IMG/VR virus record: IMGVR_UViG_2049941000_000011
Reading direction: 5' to 3' (one strand)
DNA from: an uncultured virus (IMG/VR IMGVR_UViG_2049941000_000011)
Taxonomy: Duplodnaviria; Heunggongvirae; Uroviricota; Caudoviricetes
DNA length: 64,000 nt
Numbering within the stretch: position 1 is the first letter of the stretch; each line of letters begins with the position of its first letter. Position numbers and translations under genes: made by a program. A model generated the notes under the pieces. That model saw only the letters and a list, made by a program, of their open reading frames with translations. It had not been told where the DNA came from and searched no databases. Of this stretch, positions 1 to 10,753 are shown in pieces.

Positions 1-220
1 TTTTAGGAGCTGGTTTTGGTTCCTCAGTAAGTTCCACGTCACTAATATTTAAAAATTTTTCCTTTTCACCATCTGTATTTTCTAATTTATCTTCATCAAG
101 AATAATTTTATGAGGAGTTTCTTCAACGACTTCATCAACTGTAGCTAGTTTTCTGCGCATTCCCANNNNNNNNNNTAAAGCATTCTTTCTGAGTAAATCT
201 TGAAGTGTCATTTTCTTCAT
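1..220 (-). CDS. hypothetical protein (partial, runs off window; N gap inside)
   Basis: ATG at 220 preceded by GGAGGA RBS; MKKMTLQDLLRKNAL... Confidence 0.6.
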   Translation of the reverse strand, partial: MKKMTLQDLLRKNALXXXXGMRRKLATVDEVVEETPHKIILDEDKLENTDGEKEKFLNISDVELTEEPKPAPK

Positions 221-232
221 AAAATTTCCTCC

Positions 233-586
233 TTACTTACTATTAACAGTTTTAGACCATGAGCATAAATCTTTAATAGTAGCGATAATCTTATTAATTA
301 ATTCATCATCCAACTTAACACCTAATCTTGCACAAGCAGCTTTTACGCCTTCAAGACACATATTAAGTTTGTCTTCACTTGTCATTTCTGGATGTTGCTT
401 AGCATAGTTTTCAACAGCTGTCATACTTTCTTTAACAACACCGACAATTGTATTCCATTCCTTGTTCTTGATAACTTCTTTGATTTTACCAAATAAAACA
501 ATAGCGGTTGGAATTAAACCAGCAAGCAAGCCAATCAATGTGCAAATAGAAATAATTAATTGAATAACGTTTTGTACTTCTTCCAT
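233..586 (-). CDS. putative holin (LL-H-like)
   Basis: RBS-supported start MEEVQ; N-terminal hydrophobic helix followed by AVENYAK...SEDKL pattern typical of LL-H-type holins. Confidence 0.6.
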   Translation of the reverse strand: MEEVQNVIQLIISICTLIGLLAGLIPTAIVLFGKIKEVIKNKEWNTIVGVVKESMTAVENYAKQHPEMTSEDKLNMCLEGVKAACARLGVKLDDELINKIIATIKDLCSWSKTVNSK

Positions 587-684
587 AAAATCTCCTTTAC
601 GGTCTAAACCGTCACAATAAAAACACAATTTTATTTCTTTGTAAAAATACCTAATTATTTAAGTATCTTTAAAAAGGAATAACA

Positions 685-705
685 GGGCCTAGAAAAACTA
701 GGCCC
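685..705 (-). terminator. intrinsic terminator
   Basis: perfect 8-bp stem gggcctag/ctaggccc with T-rich tail on minus strand. Confidence 0.7.
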
Positions 706-710
706 ATTTA

Positions 711-860
711 TTATTTCTTTTCTTTATAAGCCGGACACTTGTTACAACGATCCGTTTTAAACTTGTGCGTTACATTACAATAATCTTGATGTGTGCAATT
801 TTTATGAGTTAATTTACACTTATAAAGCTTGCTACCATCGCCATTCAAATATTTGCACAT
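711..860 (-). CDS. small Cys-rich protein (49 aa, not in ORF track)
   Basis: MCKYLNGDGSKLYKCKLTHKNCTHQDYCNVTHKFKTDRCNKCPAYKEKK*, directly after tail tube gene and before terminator. Confidence 0.65.
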   Translation of the reverse strand: MCKYLNGDGSKLYKCKLTHKNCTHQDYCNVTHKFKTDRCNKCPAYKEKK

Positions 861-869
861 GTCTAGTTA

Positions 870-1925
870 CTAAGCAACAACAACGCTTTCGTCAATAACT
901 TCTGGTTTTGCTTTGATACGAATATCATAAGTACCAGCTTCTAATTCACCATCAGCTGGGAAATCAGAATAATCTGTACCAGAATGTGCCTTATATTCTA
1001 AGTCAGAATAGAAAGCTTTTGTTAAAGTGCCGTCTGGTGTAGAACCATAGATGTCAATTGGTGTACCAGCAACTAATGTTTCAGCATCAACGATTAATTC
1101 TGTAACATCAGTATACCATTTACGGTCATAAATGATTTCTCTAATGTTGAGTAATAAACCGCTGCTTGCATCACAAGCATCATTAGTAGCAGCCATTGCA
1201 CTACCAGCTAATGACATGTTTTGGTTAGAGGACATATTCATAGAGAATTCTTGTCCACCGTTAAGACTGAATCTTGGAACTTCAAATTGAATTTCGCCAG
1301 CAGGTCTGCCACGAGAAGCAGCACAAGCGTCACCAGCAAAGATTGGAGCAGTAATAACTAAGAACAATTCTTGTGGGATGATTGTAGAACTGATAGAAGC
1401 GACTTTAGCACCACTAACTTCACCTAAATAACGAACACAATATTTGTCGCTTAGAGAATGACCAGCAGGAAGTTTATACTTACCATTGTCTTCATCAAGC
1501 ATAAAATATTCGTCAGTTCCGACTTTGCAAGCCCAAGCAAGTTTTTCGCTGCCGCCACAGTTTAAGCCACCGATTGCTTTAATGTCGCTGATAGTAATAC
1601 CTTCAGCAGTGAAAGTAACTTGTTCACCGTTGTTGTAATACTTATATGCTTCATTTTCGTTTTCGAATTCAGCGCCTAATTGTGCTGTAACATATTCAGG
1701 TTTCCATAAAATATCTGTTAAAGTAATTTCAACAGTAGAATCATGACAGAAAACGAATTGAACAGGAGCACCTTGTCCACCACGGATTTCGTCTTTACTT
1801 GTAGAGATATTTAATCCAGAGTCTGTTAAAGTTTTAGCGACAAAAGCAACTTCATATTTGTTAGTTGCAGGATTATATCTTAAAGCTTCAGCTTTACCGA
1901 CACTACCTAAAAATAATTTTGCCAT
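870..1925 (-). CDS. major tail tube protein (SPbeta YomU-like)
   Basis: start MAKLFLGSVG with RBS; AKTLTDSG...EIRGGQG...QFEVPRF pattern; position in structural module. Confidence 0.7.
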   Translation of the reverse strand: MAKLFLGSVGKAEALRYNPATNKYEVAFVAKTLTDSGLNISTSKDEIRGGQGAPVQFVFCHDSTVEITLTDILWKPEYVTAQLGAEFENENEAYKYYNNGEQVTFTAEGITISDIKAIGGLNCGGSEKLAWACKVGTDEYFMLDEDNGKYKLPAGHSLSDKYCVRYLGEVSGAKVASISSTIIPQELFLVITAPIFAGDACAASRGRPAGEIQFEVPRFSLNGGQEFSMNMSSNQNMSLAGSAMAATNDACDASSGLLLNIREIIYDRKWYTDVTELIVDAETLVAGTPIDIYGSTPDGTLTKAFYSDLEYKAHSGTDYSDFPADGELEAGTYDIRIKAKPEVIDESVVVA

Positions 1926-1948
1926 ATCTTTTCTCCTTCTAAATTTCA

Positions 1949-2953
1949 TTATAAATTATTAACGCGGCTCTTAACGTCGTCAACATCTTGAAGATAACCA
2001 TATTCATCCTTCTCTTTTTTATAGATCCAGTGTTCAATGGTTTGACCTTTTTCGAGTTTGACAAATCCGCTCATAGTTGCCGTTTTCATAATTTTATAAT
2101 TAATCAAGTCATCTGCGGTCCCTAAAGCCATAGTAAACTTACGCATCGTCATACCATAAATGTATTCCAATGGATAAGATGTTGCAACCGATAAACACAC
2201 TACCTTCTTTTCGAGAGTAGCACGTAAATCGCCTTGATTTTGTTGCAAAATTTGTAGTCTCTTGTCGTGATCTTCCCTAAGGGCTCGATCAACCGAAGAA
2301 TCGTCACTATATTCAGGGAAATTTTGATATAAAACAATTTGTCTTAATAAATCAAAATCTTGTGACGAAATTACATGACCATCGATAACCAATTCCATTT
2401 TTTTAGATGTATCTTGGCGTATCTTAATCATTTCACTAAAATCCTCTCCTTCACAATGCGGACATTTTAAAGTTGGACGTTTAGTGTCAGGAGATATCTC
2501 CCTATTTTCTATTTTTTGCACAAATTCTTGCGTTTGACGGATATAATCCCCGATTTCGGGACCATCGTAACGCAGGATTTTGTTACAATCTGGATTTTTG
2601 CATTTGAGTCCATTTTCAATATGAAAAATTATTTCACAAAGCTTTTGGAATCTATATGACCACATAGCTCCTTCATTGTTCTCTTTAATACTCATTTTAT
2701 GATGAAGATATCCTAAGTTGGATGTTTTTAATCCAACTGGATCATCTTTTCTATTTAATGTAAAACAAGTTGAACACGAAAGAAAAGCTTCATAATCTTT
2801 TAATACAACTGGATATATAAATAAACCACAAAATGGAACAGGTTTATCCCATCTAAAGTATTCATTTTCATATACCTTAAGTTTATTTACAATGTCTTCT
2901 TTTAAACCCCCATATCTGTCGGGTTTTTTTGCCGCGTTGTTTTCTTCTGCCAT
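1949..2953 (-). CDS. tail morphogenesis/assembly protein (YomV-like) with inserted Zn-ribbon CxxxC..CxxC
   Basis: 334 aa ORF, synteny; SQDFDLLRQIVLYQN and MTMRKF motifs. Confidence 0.5.
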   Translation of the reverse strand: MAEENNAAKKPDRYGGLKEDIVNKLKVYENEYFRWDKPVPFCGLFIYPVVLKDYEAFLSCSTCFTLNRKDDPVGLKTSNLGYLHHKMSIKENNEGAMWSYRFQKLCEIIFHIENGLKCKNPDCNKILRYDGPEIGDYIRQTQEFVQKIENREISPDTKRPTLKCPHCEGEDFSEMIKIRQDTSKKMELVIDGHVISSQDFDLLRQIVLYQNFPEYSDDSSVDRALREDHDKRLQILQQNQGDLRATLEKKVVCLSVATSYPLEYIYGMTMRKFTMALGTADDLINYKIMKTATMSGFVKLEKGQTIEHWIYKKEKDEYGYLQDVDDVKSRVNNL

Positions 2954-2964
2954 CGTAATACCTC

Positions 2965-3690
2965 CTAGTATCCAATATTAGGATTATCAGAAATTCCGGA
3001 AAACTCTACATTAAAATGTATAGTGTGTCCATAGTAAGAATCTCTTGCAGAAATATTATCGATTGTTGGAGAATTGCGGCCGCCTACGTTCCCCATATTC
3101 ATAGGGGTATTAATTTGTAGATACCCTATGCCATCAATAAAAAGACCGTTTAATTCAGCGATAACACTTTTCACTAATACCGTTTCGCGATTTTTAAAGG
3201 GCACAACAATAGAGCCCTCGCTGTTCGAGTCATTAGGATTTACTCGTTCAGGATGTTCACTGGATTCTTTATCCCCATCCCCGTTAATATAAGTAAGTTT
3301 TGTATGAGTGATTGTTTCGACAACAACTTCTATAACAGATGTCATATGATTTACTGGAGTTATTCTATCCACATAAACATATAAAGAGCTGCATTGTTGT
3401 GTCCACGCGTTATTAGTCCAAGGGCCTACAAAAACACGCTTGGAAGTCGGTTCGCCGTCATTACGAAAAATTAGCGATTCTCTGTCTTCGTGGCTAACGG
3501 TTGGTTCACTGAGAGCAGTGGCGGTATCATGCTTTAATAATTTCCATATAATATCAGCATGTTTAGTTTGTGAACATACTAAATGACCAATAATTTTTGC
3601 TTCTATTCCATCTAAATTTTCGAACCTGTTGAATTCATTATAGTTACTATATACGCCCTTATAAGCATTGTTTTCATCAAATAACGACAT
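2965..3690 (-). CDS. head-tail/tail completion protein (YomW-like)
   Basis: 241 aa ORF, synteny. Confidence 0.45.
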   Translation of the reverse strand: MSLFDENNAYKGVYSNYNEFNRFENLDGIEAKIIGHLVCSQTKHADIIWKLLKHDTATALSEPTVSHEDRESLIFRNDGEPTSKRVFVGPWTNNAWTQQCSSLYVYVDRITPVNHMTSVIEVVVETITHTKLTYINGDGDKESSEHPERVNPNDSNSEGSIVVPFKNRETVLVKSVIAELNGLFIDGIGYLQINTPMNMGNVGGRNSPTIDNISARDSYYGHTIHFNVEFSGISDNPNIGY

Positions 3691-3701
3691 AATATACTCC
3701 T

Positions 3702-4895
3702 TTAGTTCATTCCAATATCAATTGATATACCAAAACCTTGTTTGTTTGGATCATCATTAGAATTCACTGTGCATTCAACATGTAATGGACCATTAAGATA
3801 AAGTTTCTTGCGGGATAGTGAAAACCACATAGCATTATCTTCTGTTCCTGTTTCATAATCAACATAAATATCCTTCTTATTTGGGTCAGGTAATCTTGTT
3901 AGAGACCACTCAACAGATATTGGGATATTTGGATATTCCGTTCCGTCTTTATCTACAACCATAGGTTTAAAAACTACAGTTGTTGATGGGAGAACATCTG
4001 GAATATGTTGAGGTTCTTTAAAAATAATACGATATTCTTTATCACCGATAATTTCTGGAACAACTTGAGCATCATTTTCTTGGAATGCGATACGTTTTTC
4101 CAAATCATCATATGGTGAGATTTCGACCAATTCCATATATATGTGAATTAATCCAACATCATAAGGATTATTAGTGGAATTAGAATAGAATTTATTTAAA
4201 GCCTTAATTCGATATACACGGTCATATCCAATAACAAATCTTTGATTAATGTAATATTGTCGTGTAAAATCATTGTGTTGAGCAACAATTAATAATTCAG
4301 ACTGAGGTAGTACAGCTGTATCATTATAAAACATACTAGTAGATGATAAATTCATCCCCTGTATCACAGGTTCGCTGTGATAATGCGTAATATTTTGCTC
4401 GTCTATATAAGCACTAATTAAAGTGCCATTACAGCGTTCGATAACCACGCTAGAAGTCATATTAATTTGATTAAGATTTGTAACCAACCAAACATTCTTC
4501 AACGCATCATTATCTTCTTTATTTACAAATCTTGGATAAAATCTAAATTTACTACCTAAATTAAATCTATCTTCCAAGATGTTTCTAAAAACAACCCTTC
4601 TACAATCATTTGAAATCGCTGTACCTTTCTCTGATCGTACGGATTGCACTACAACTTGAATAGGCTTCCAAATTGAAGCATCATCTCCATAATGGATATG
4701 TGTTGCCTGTTCCATTGTAGCTTTAACTGCTTCGTATTCAATATCAACACGGTTTGGACGGAATCTCCAATCCGCATCAACTTTATCTTGAAGCTCTTTT
4801 AAAAAGTAATTATCTTTATCAAAATTCTTAGGGGTCTGTGATAGTTCATCGTAGTGATCCCTGTAACGCGTGACATCGATTACTTTGTGAGCCAT
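3702..4895 (-). CDS. head closure / head-tail connector (YomX-like)
   Basis: 397 aa; WLVT...IERCN and INQRFVIG motifs; synteny. Confidence 0.5.
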   Translation of the reverse strand: MAHKVIDVTRYRDHYDELSQTPKNFDKDNYFLKELQDKVDADWRFRPNRVDIEYEAVKATMEQATHIHYGDDASIWKPIQVVVQSVRSEKGTAISNDCRRVVFRNILEDRFNLGSKFRFYPRFVNKEDNDALKNVWLVTNLNQINMTSSVVIERCNGTLISAYIDEQNITHYHSEPVIQGMNLSSTSMFYNDTAVLPQSELLIVAQHNDFTRQYYINQRFVIGYDRVYRIKALNKFYSNSTNNPYDVGLIHIYMELVEISPYDDLEKRIAFQENDAQVVPEIIGDKEYRIIFKEPQHIPDVLPSTTVVFKPMVVDKDGTEYPNIPISVEWSLTRLPDPNKKDIYVDYETGTEDNAMWFSLSRKKLYLNGPLHVECTVNSNDDPNKQGFGISIDIGMN

Positions 4896-4918
4896 ACTAA
4901 CCCTCCTTAAACCTTGTA

Positions 4919-5293
4919 TTATTTATCACTTTTTTCGGGGTTATCAACCTCTTTAATTAAATGATCTAATATACCTTTTGATTCCATAATCTGGCGCTTA
5001 ATTTGCGCATGTGTCATAGTTTTATATTGAAAATCTTCAAATAAGCCATGAATTTTTACAACAACTTGTGTTAATCTTTCATGACACAAGCTATTTGCTG
5101 ATGCCAATTCGTACATAAACCCATAAAACCATAGATCAGCAGTGGTTTTACCTGCTTGTTCGTCTTCGATTAAGCAGAGTAATTTTATAAGTTTACTGCG
5201 CAATTTAATATAACAGTCCTTTTCCTCTTCAGGAGAAAAACGAATTTTAATCGAGGTTTGAGAATCTAAAGGTTTTAATTCTTTATCTTCCAA
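4919..5293 (-). CDS. structural-module hypothetical protein (YomY-like position)
   Basis: 124 aa ORF coupled to upstream gene. Confidence 0.5.
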   Translation of the reverse strand: MEDKELKPLDSQTSIKIRFSPEEEKDCYIKLRSKLIKLLCLIEDEQAGKTTADLWFYGFMYELASANSLCHERLTQVVVKIHGLFEDFQYKTMTHAQIKRQIMESKGILDHLIKEVDNPEKSDK

Positions 5294-5975
5294 AGCGAGA
5301 TCCTCCTCTAGGGGTGGACATTATCATCCAGGTTAATTCTGAAATCAAAGTATCCATATCTCTATTCATTTGGTTACGCCATTCAACTTTTGCTCTTGCC
5401 GAATTCGCTGGAGAATACATTTGAAAATCTGTATCTGTTAGAATATTTCTAACATCTAAAACTCTTCCGACTTCTTTATCTCCCCATGCCGATAATAAAC
5501 CATATGCTAAAATATTAACCACTTTATCCATAATAGCATTCATATCGAATTCAGATCTAAAGCAGCCGTCAAAGTCAGCTGTAAAAGCTCCAGCATAGTA
5601 CCATGTCACAGAACATTGCTCTGTAGTTTCAATTGCACGAGGAAAAGTAACACTATTTGTTTCAGCATTATATACTGCTGGAACTTTTTGGTTACCAATT
5701 CTAAATGTAAAACCAGAAGCAACGTGTGGTGTAGATACTAGAGTATAAGTGTCTGTGCCGTCACCGTCGAATATTTCCATCTGCCCTTCCGGGCTATCAC
5801 ATTTAACCAAACGATTAGTGATAGCCGTAGGAGATGTAAATTTGTTTTTACCAATAATTAAATAATCTAACATATCTGCTTGAAAACCAGCTTGATCGTT
5901 AAAATACTTTTTACTGATATCCGGGTCATCAAAAAGATTGAAAGCACGATCAAAAATATCACGGAAATAAATCAT
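5283..5975 (-). CDS. head-tail adaptor (YomZ-like)
   Basis: 230 aa; DFQMYSPAN motif near C-terminus; synteny. Confidence 0.55.
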   Translation of the reverse strand: MIYFRDIFDRAFNLFDDPDISKKYFNDQAGFQADMLDYLIIGKNKFTSPTAITNRLVKCDSPEGQMEIFDGDGTDTYTLVSTPHVASGFTFRIGNQKVPAVYNAETNSVTFPRAIETTEQCSVTWYYAGAFTADFDGCFRSEFDMNAIMDKVVNILAYGLLSAWGDKEVGRVLDVRNILTDTDFQMYSPANSARAKVEWRNQMNRDMDTLISELTWMIMSTPRGGSRFGR

Positions 5976-6010
5976 TTTGACGCCTCCTTAAAAAAATATA
6001 TTATAAAACT

Positions 6011-6716
6011 TTAAGAGTATCTTTGAAGTTTCCCANNNNNNNNNNNNNNNNNNNNNNNNNNNNNNNNNNNNNNNNNNNNNNNNGTTTTTTCCGCGAGCTT
6101 GACTTCTAATAGCTTCCATACCACCGCCTGATAAACGGTCAAGAGTATCAATTCTTGCCATATCATCAAAGCCTGGCGCGCCTTCTTCATATTTGCGCTT
6201 GAAGAAACTAACAATAGAAATTTTTAATCCTTCTCTAGAAACACTATTCCATAAAGCTTCAATTTCAGTAGGCGACATTTCACCCATCTTATCTAATTTA
6301 GCGTAAGTTAAACCGCCATTTTCTAAAACTGTAGGGACACCCTTTGCTCTTGCAACTTCGATATCTTTATCTGAAACAGCTAAAATACCTTTGTCAAACC
6401 AGTTTCTATATTTACCAACGATTTCATCAAAACTATATCTAGGAAGAACGAATTCTTCACCATATCTAGTACATGAAAGACTGCCGTTAGTATAATTAAC
6501 AACACCTAAACTATCAGATGTATAAACTAAAGTTACATCTGTATTAACAGGTGCAGCATAAACCACTTGTGGTTGTACTACTGTTTGAACAGCAGGTGCA
6601 GGTGCTTCCACCTTTTCTGCTTCTGCTGCTTTATTCATTTGATTTTTTAAATTTTCTAATTCAGTCTTTGCTGCTTCGAGTTCAGCTTCTAATTGCTTTT
6701 TTGTTTTATCTGCCAT
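6011..6716 (-). CDS. capsid-adjacent protein (YonA-like position); 3' end obscured by N gap
   Basis: ORF with RBS directly downstream of major capsid gene. Confidence 0.55.
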
Positions 6717-6750
6717 AAAAATTTTTTTCTCCTTTTACTTTCTAAATTAT

Positions 6751-6782
6751 ATGGGGGGCGCCCATCTCAAGCGCCCGCCCAT
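6751..6782 (-). terminator. GC-rich hairpin after major capsid gene
   Basis: atggggggcgc...gcgcccgcccat imperfect inverted repeat. Confidence 0.5.
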
Positions 6783-6801
6783 TTATCCTTACTCTTTATA
6801 A

Positions 6802-7899
6802 TTAAGCAAGATTGATTGTACCGTACTTAGCACCACAGATTGCTGCAACACCAACTCTCATTTCGATAGAGATACCGTATCTTCTGTCGGAAGTTTCATC
6901 AGGATTGTAGTCAACAGTGACTTGATTACCTTCAAAGTAAATCTTAACAGGTCTGTTGCCTGCAACAGGAACCATATAGATAACATTGTTAGGTAATGCT
7001 AAAGTAGCACTTGTATTAGTTGTACCAGGAACAAGAACGTTAGAGATAGCAACTAATGGTGTAGATAAGTATTGACTTAAGTAGCCAACCTTATTCATTT
7101 CTTCACCGATTTGAACTTGGAAGTTTCCACCTAAAGAAACATTTGATAAAGCAATTTCTGTACCAATAGCGATAACTTTCATACCGCCGTTAGCAGCTTC
7201 GACTCTTTGCTTTAAAGTACCCCATAATTGTGGAGTAATACCATTAGTGGAATATGCAGCACCGAAATCAGTAGAAGCTTGTGTCATACCCTTGACAGCC
7301 TTTAAGAAAATATATGCTGCGAAAGAACGTGCGATTTTAACGCCAAAGCCACCCATATCGAATACGCCAGCAGCGAATGGATACCAGTCAATTGCAGTGT
7401 CAATAGTAATTGCACGAGCATTGACAGTGACTTCGTCATCGAACATTGGTTGATCAACGCCTTTTCTTACGCCTTCTGCTTTAGCATTGACTTTGAAAAG
7501 GTCATTTGATTCGATTTGGAATACTGCAGTTTCGCCCCAACCGCCTTGGTGAACTTCTGCGATGTAATCAGCAAATTGTTCATTAACAACTTCAGGGATA
7601 ATAGCAGTGATAACTTGTGCTAAAATAGCGTTGAAGTTATCTCTAAGAATTGCACTCTTAGTAACTTGAGGGTTTTTGAAAATGCTAAGACCACTACCTT
7701 CAAAATTTGCTTCGTAAGGAGTGTGCTCAACGATCTTTTTACCAATACCATTTAAAAGTGTAGCATTCTTTTCATCATAATCAGATCCTTTCTTACCTGA
7801 ATATGTTTGTCTTGAAAGGTCAAGAGAGCAATCGACTAAATCGTTGAAGACTGAATCTTCTGAACGGACATAATTAAACATTTTTCTCATATTCGTCAT
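6802..7899 (-). CDS. major capsid protein (YonB-like)
   Basis: 365 aa, strongly biased codon usage, position after scaffold and decoration genes; AEVHQGGWGETAVFQIESNDLF. Confidence 0.8.
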   Translation of the reverse strand: MTNMRKMFNYVRSEDSVFNDLVDCSLDLSRQTYSGKKGSDYDEKNATLLNGIGKKIVEHTPYEANFEGSGLSIFKNPQVTKSAILRDNFNAILAQVITAIIPEVVNEQFADYIAEVHQGGWGETAVFQIESNDLFKVNAKAEGVRKGVDQPMFDDEVTVNARAITIDTAIDWYPFAAGVFDMGGFGVKIARSFAAYIFLKAVKGMTQASTDFGAAYSTNGITPQLWGTLKQRVEAANGGMKVIAIGTEIALSNVSLGGNFQVQIGEEMNKVGYLSQYLSTPLVAISNVLVPGTTNTSATLALPNNVIYMVPVAGNRPVKIYFEGNQVTVDYNPDETSDRRYGISIEMRVGVAAICGAKYGTINLA

Positions 7900-7908
7900 A
7901 CCCTCCTA

Positions 7909-8445
7909 TTAAAGTTGAACAACTTCACAAAGATACATTTTACCTTTAGAAGTGTTACCTGCTGTTAAATCTTTTTCGACTAAAACTTTAACTGTATAGC
8001 CAGCTTCTGGTTTTGTATTAGCTGGTGTGTGTGTCATTGCACTTGCAGTTGCAGTTGCGAATTTACCAACAGTTGGTGCAGAAACAAAGTTACTTGCACC
8101 TAACCAGAATTTATCATGTAAATGGAGTCTACGAACTCTCATTGGTTCGCCTGCAGGGCATTCCAAATCATAGAGTTTCTTTCCAATTTTATAGTTATTA
8201 CCCATGATTGTACCACTAGAAATACCAGCGTAATCAACGATAACAACTTCGTCAGTAGCTGCTGCAGGAGCAGCTGCTGCGTATGTATCATATTCACTGC
8301 CATGTGCTTCATAAGTATCGTCTTCGATTAAATCACCTAAAACGACTAAAGAGCCATCTTTAACTCCAGTTTGAGCAATAGCATTAGCTAAATCGACATC
8401 TAATTGGTTTGATGCCATTTTGCCTTCTTTAAAAACATATGCCAT
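7909..8445 (-). CDS. capsid decoration/stabilising protein (YonC-like)
   Basis: 178 aa between scaffold and capsid genes. Confidence 0.55.
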   Translation of the reverse strand: MAYVFKEGKMASNQLDVDLANAIAQTGVKDGSLVVLGDLIEDDTYEAHGSEYDTYAAAAPAAATDEVVIVDYAGISSGTIMGNNYKIGKKLYDLECPAGEPMRVRRLHLHDKFWLGASNFVSAPTVGKFATATASAMTHTPANTKPEAGYTVKVLVEKDLTAGNTSKGKMYLCEVVQL

Positions 8446-8481
8446 ATTTTTAACTCTCCTTTAAAATATTTATTTCCAAAA

Positions 8482-10233
8482 CTACTTGTTTGTATACTCT
8501 TCCACATTTGCCCAAGGACTGTTACTTCTAGTAGATTTTTCGGCTTTACCACTAAAAGCTGCCTTTGGATCAACTGGGATAATTGGAGTATCAAGTGTTG
8601 CAGTTTCTTCAACCTTGATTGTTGAGTCGAACATATTAAGTGCGACTTTTGTTTTAAGATCTTCGACAGAATTAATTTCACCCTTTTCGCATTCTGCGTA
8701 GAATTTACTATATAATTCTCCCTCAATCTTTGCAGATTTTAATAATTTATCTGCTTTCTTTAAGAATTCTTCGTGAGCATAAGCACTAAGTTTTTCAGCA
8801 TTTTCTTTATTAGTAGCTTCTAAAGTAGTATTTGTAGCTTCTAATTGTTCACACTTAGCGTGTAACTCACAATTTTCTTTATATAATTCTTTACAATCAC
8901 AATGTTCTGCTAATTTTTCTTCATATGCGACTTCTTCTGCTGTATAACCTTCAGCTAATTTTGCTAATAGGCCAGCTAATTCAGCCTCATTAGCTCTTTC
9001 TTGAGCTTGGAGTCTACGAAGAACTGGTAAAATATAATCTTTACCATTAACATCATGTGATTCGTAATAGTCAATAGCATTTTGATAGCGTTCAATATTC
9101 CAGCTAGCATCGCCGATTAACCAACTGATATCACAAATAGGATCTCTGTTTTCGTCTCCACACATTTGTGCTACTGGATTATCGCCTTCACCTTCAGCTG
9201 GAGGATTATCGTTATCAGCACTGGCATTTTCATTACCTTCGCCATTTTCACCATTACCTTCAGAATTAGTAGAACTATTATCACTAAAAGATTCATTTGT
9301 AGATTCACCATTTGAATTATCATTTGATTCTGATGTATTTTCAGTGGTTGATTCAAAATGTTCTTCGTGATTTTCTGCATGTTGTTCAGCTAATGTAGTA
9401 CCATCAACATTTTCTGCATTTTCTGTGTTTGAATCTGCATTTAAAGTGTTTTCGATATTTTCATTAGCGATATTTTCAACAGCGTTTTCGTTTTGAACTT
9501 CATCGAGTATCACGTTTGAAAATTCCTCCTTATTTATATCAGAACCATCTAGCCTTTCATATGCCAATCTTAATCCTTGCATTTGTCTTTCGTACAAGTC
9601 TTTGCCCATAATGTCAACTACGGATAATTCTGCGTCTTCTATGCCTGGTTCAACTTTAACCCCATTACGAGATCCTAAAATAGTTATTCCAATTAAATTA
9701 AACTTATTAATTTTTATAACTCCGTTTTCCAGACTTTCATAATCAGTGATTTCAACCTCTACCGAAATATTTTTAGCTGATTCACCTGTTTTTTTAGCAC
9801 GTTTTGCATCTTGTAACAAACGCTTAACTTGCTTATATGAATATTGAGTCCACAATGCACAAGAACAACAAAGCCAAGATAATCCTTTATTATCGTCAAC
9901 GATTTCAACATCGTCTTCGCTACGGATAACACCTAAGATTCTTTCTCCCTTTTGTCCTAATGTGTCCCAATAATCCATTCCTGTATCTGGGTCTTTCTTC
10001 CATTCACCATTATGACTGACGAAATCCCCGTTTTCGAAATAACCTAAAATAGGTTTATTCTTAAAAGTGTCTTTAGAGTCTACCATTGATTGTTTGGTAA
10101 ACCAAGAATTGTTACGATTAGGATTAGCAGTGCTAATGGCTTTAATTTTTAATTCTAGGAAATCTTTCTTTAATATTGGCTTAATATCAATTTGATCAGC
10201 GCCGATATCAAAAGATAGCTTTTTTCTGTCCAT
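8482..10233 (-). CDS. prohead protease/scaffold (YonD-like)
   Basis: N-terminal NRNNSWF...KNKPILG...ISVEVE...GITILG domain, N/E/S-rich linker, C-terminal coiled coil. Confidence 0.7.
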   Translation of the reverse strand: MDRKKLSFDIGADQIDIKPILKKDFLELKIKAISTANPNRNNSWFTKQSMVDSKDTFKNKPILGYFENGDFVSHNGEWKKDPDTGMDYWDTLGQKGERILGVIRSEDDVEIVDDNKGLSWLCCSCALWTQYSYKQVKRLLQDAKRAKKTGESAKNISVEVEITDYESLENGVIKINKFNLIGITILGSRNGVKVEPGIEDAELSVVDIMGKDLYERQMQGLRLAYERLDGSDINKEEFSNVILDEVQNENAVENIANENIENTLNADSNTENAENVDGTTLAEQHAENHEEHFESTTENTSESNDNSNGESTNESFSDNSSTNSEGNGENGEGNENASADNDNPPAEGEGDNPVAQMCGDENRDPICDISWLIGDASWNIERYQNAIDYYESHDVNGKDYILPVLRRLQAQERANEAELAGLLAKLAEGYTAEEVAYEEKLAEHCDCKELYKENCELHAKCEQLEATNTTLEATNKENAEKLSAYAHEEFLKKADKLLKSAKIEGELYSKFYAECEKGEINSVEDLKTKVALNMFDSTIKVEETATLDTPIIPVDPKAAFSGKAEKSTRSNSPWANVEEYTNK

Positions 10234-10235
10234 TA

Positions 10236-10752
10236 TTATGCCTCCTTATTATTTGATTCTTGTGCTGGTTCACCTGGTAAAGAATTCATCTCTACACTCC
10301 ATTGATTAACATAATTTTTCCAATGGTTTCCCCCCAAGTCACGGTATTCACTACATACATCATTCCAACTAGCTTTTTCAGAAGAAGAAGCATATCCTTT
10401 ATCTTTGCATCTATCTAAAGAACTTTTCATAGTGCAACGTAAAGATGTAACAGTTGCTGATGTATTTAATTTTATATCTCGAGACAGCCCGTTAATTTCT
10501 TTGCGGATGTCAGTTAGTTGTTTACTAACAGAATCGATCAGAGGTTTAGATACTTCTAATACTAGTGCCNNNNNNNNNNCTCTCTTCGATATCTTTTTGT
10601 CTTAAAGCGTCTTCTGTCTCGTCATCTTTTTTATTTTTCTTGTTCGCTTTTCTTTGCATACGCACTTGCATATATGCTGAAAATCCGAACGCCCCACAGA
10701 GGGTACCCATCCCTCCAATAATGCCTAATAATATGGCTAACCAAGTAGGCAT
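10236..10752 (-). CDS. holin-like membrane protein (single gene split by N gap)
   Basis: N-terminal TM helix (10546-10752 ORF) continues after gap into EYRDLGGNH-containing ORF 10236-10430. Confidence 0.55.
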
Positions 10753-10753
10753 A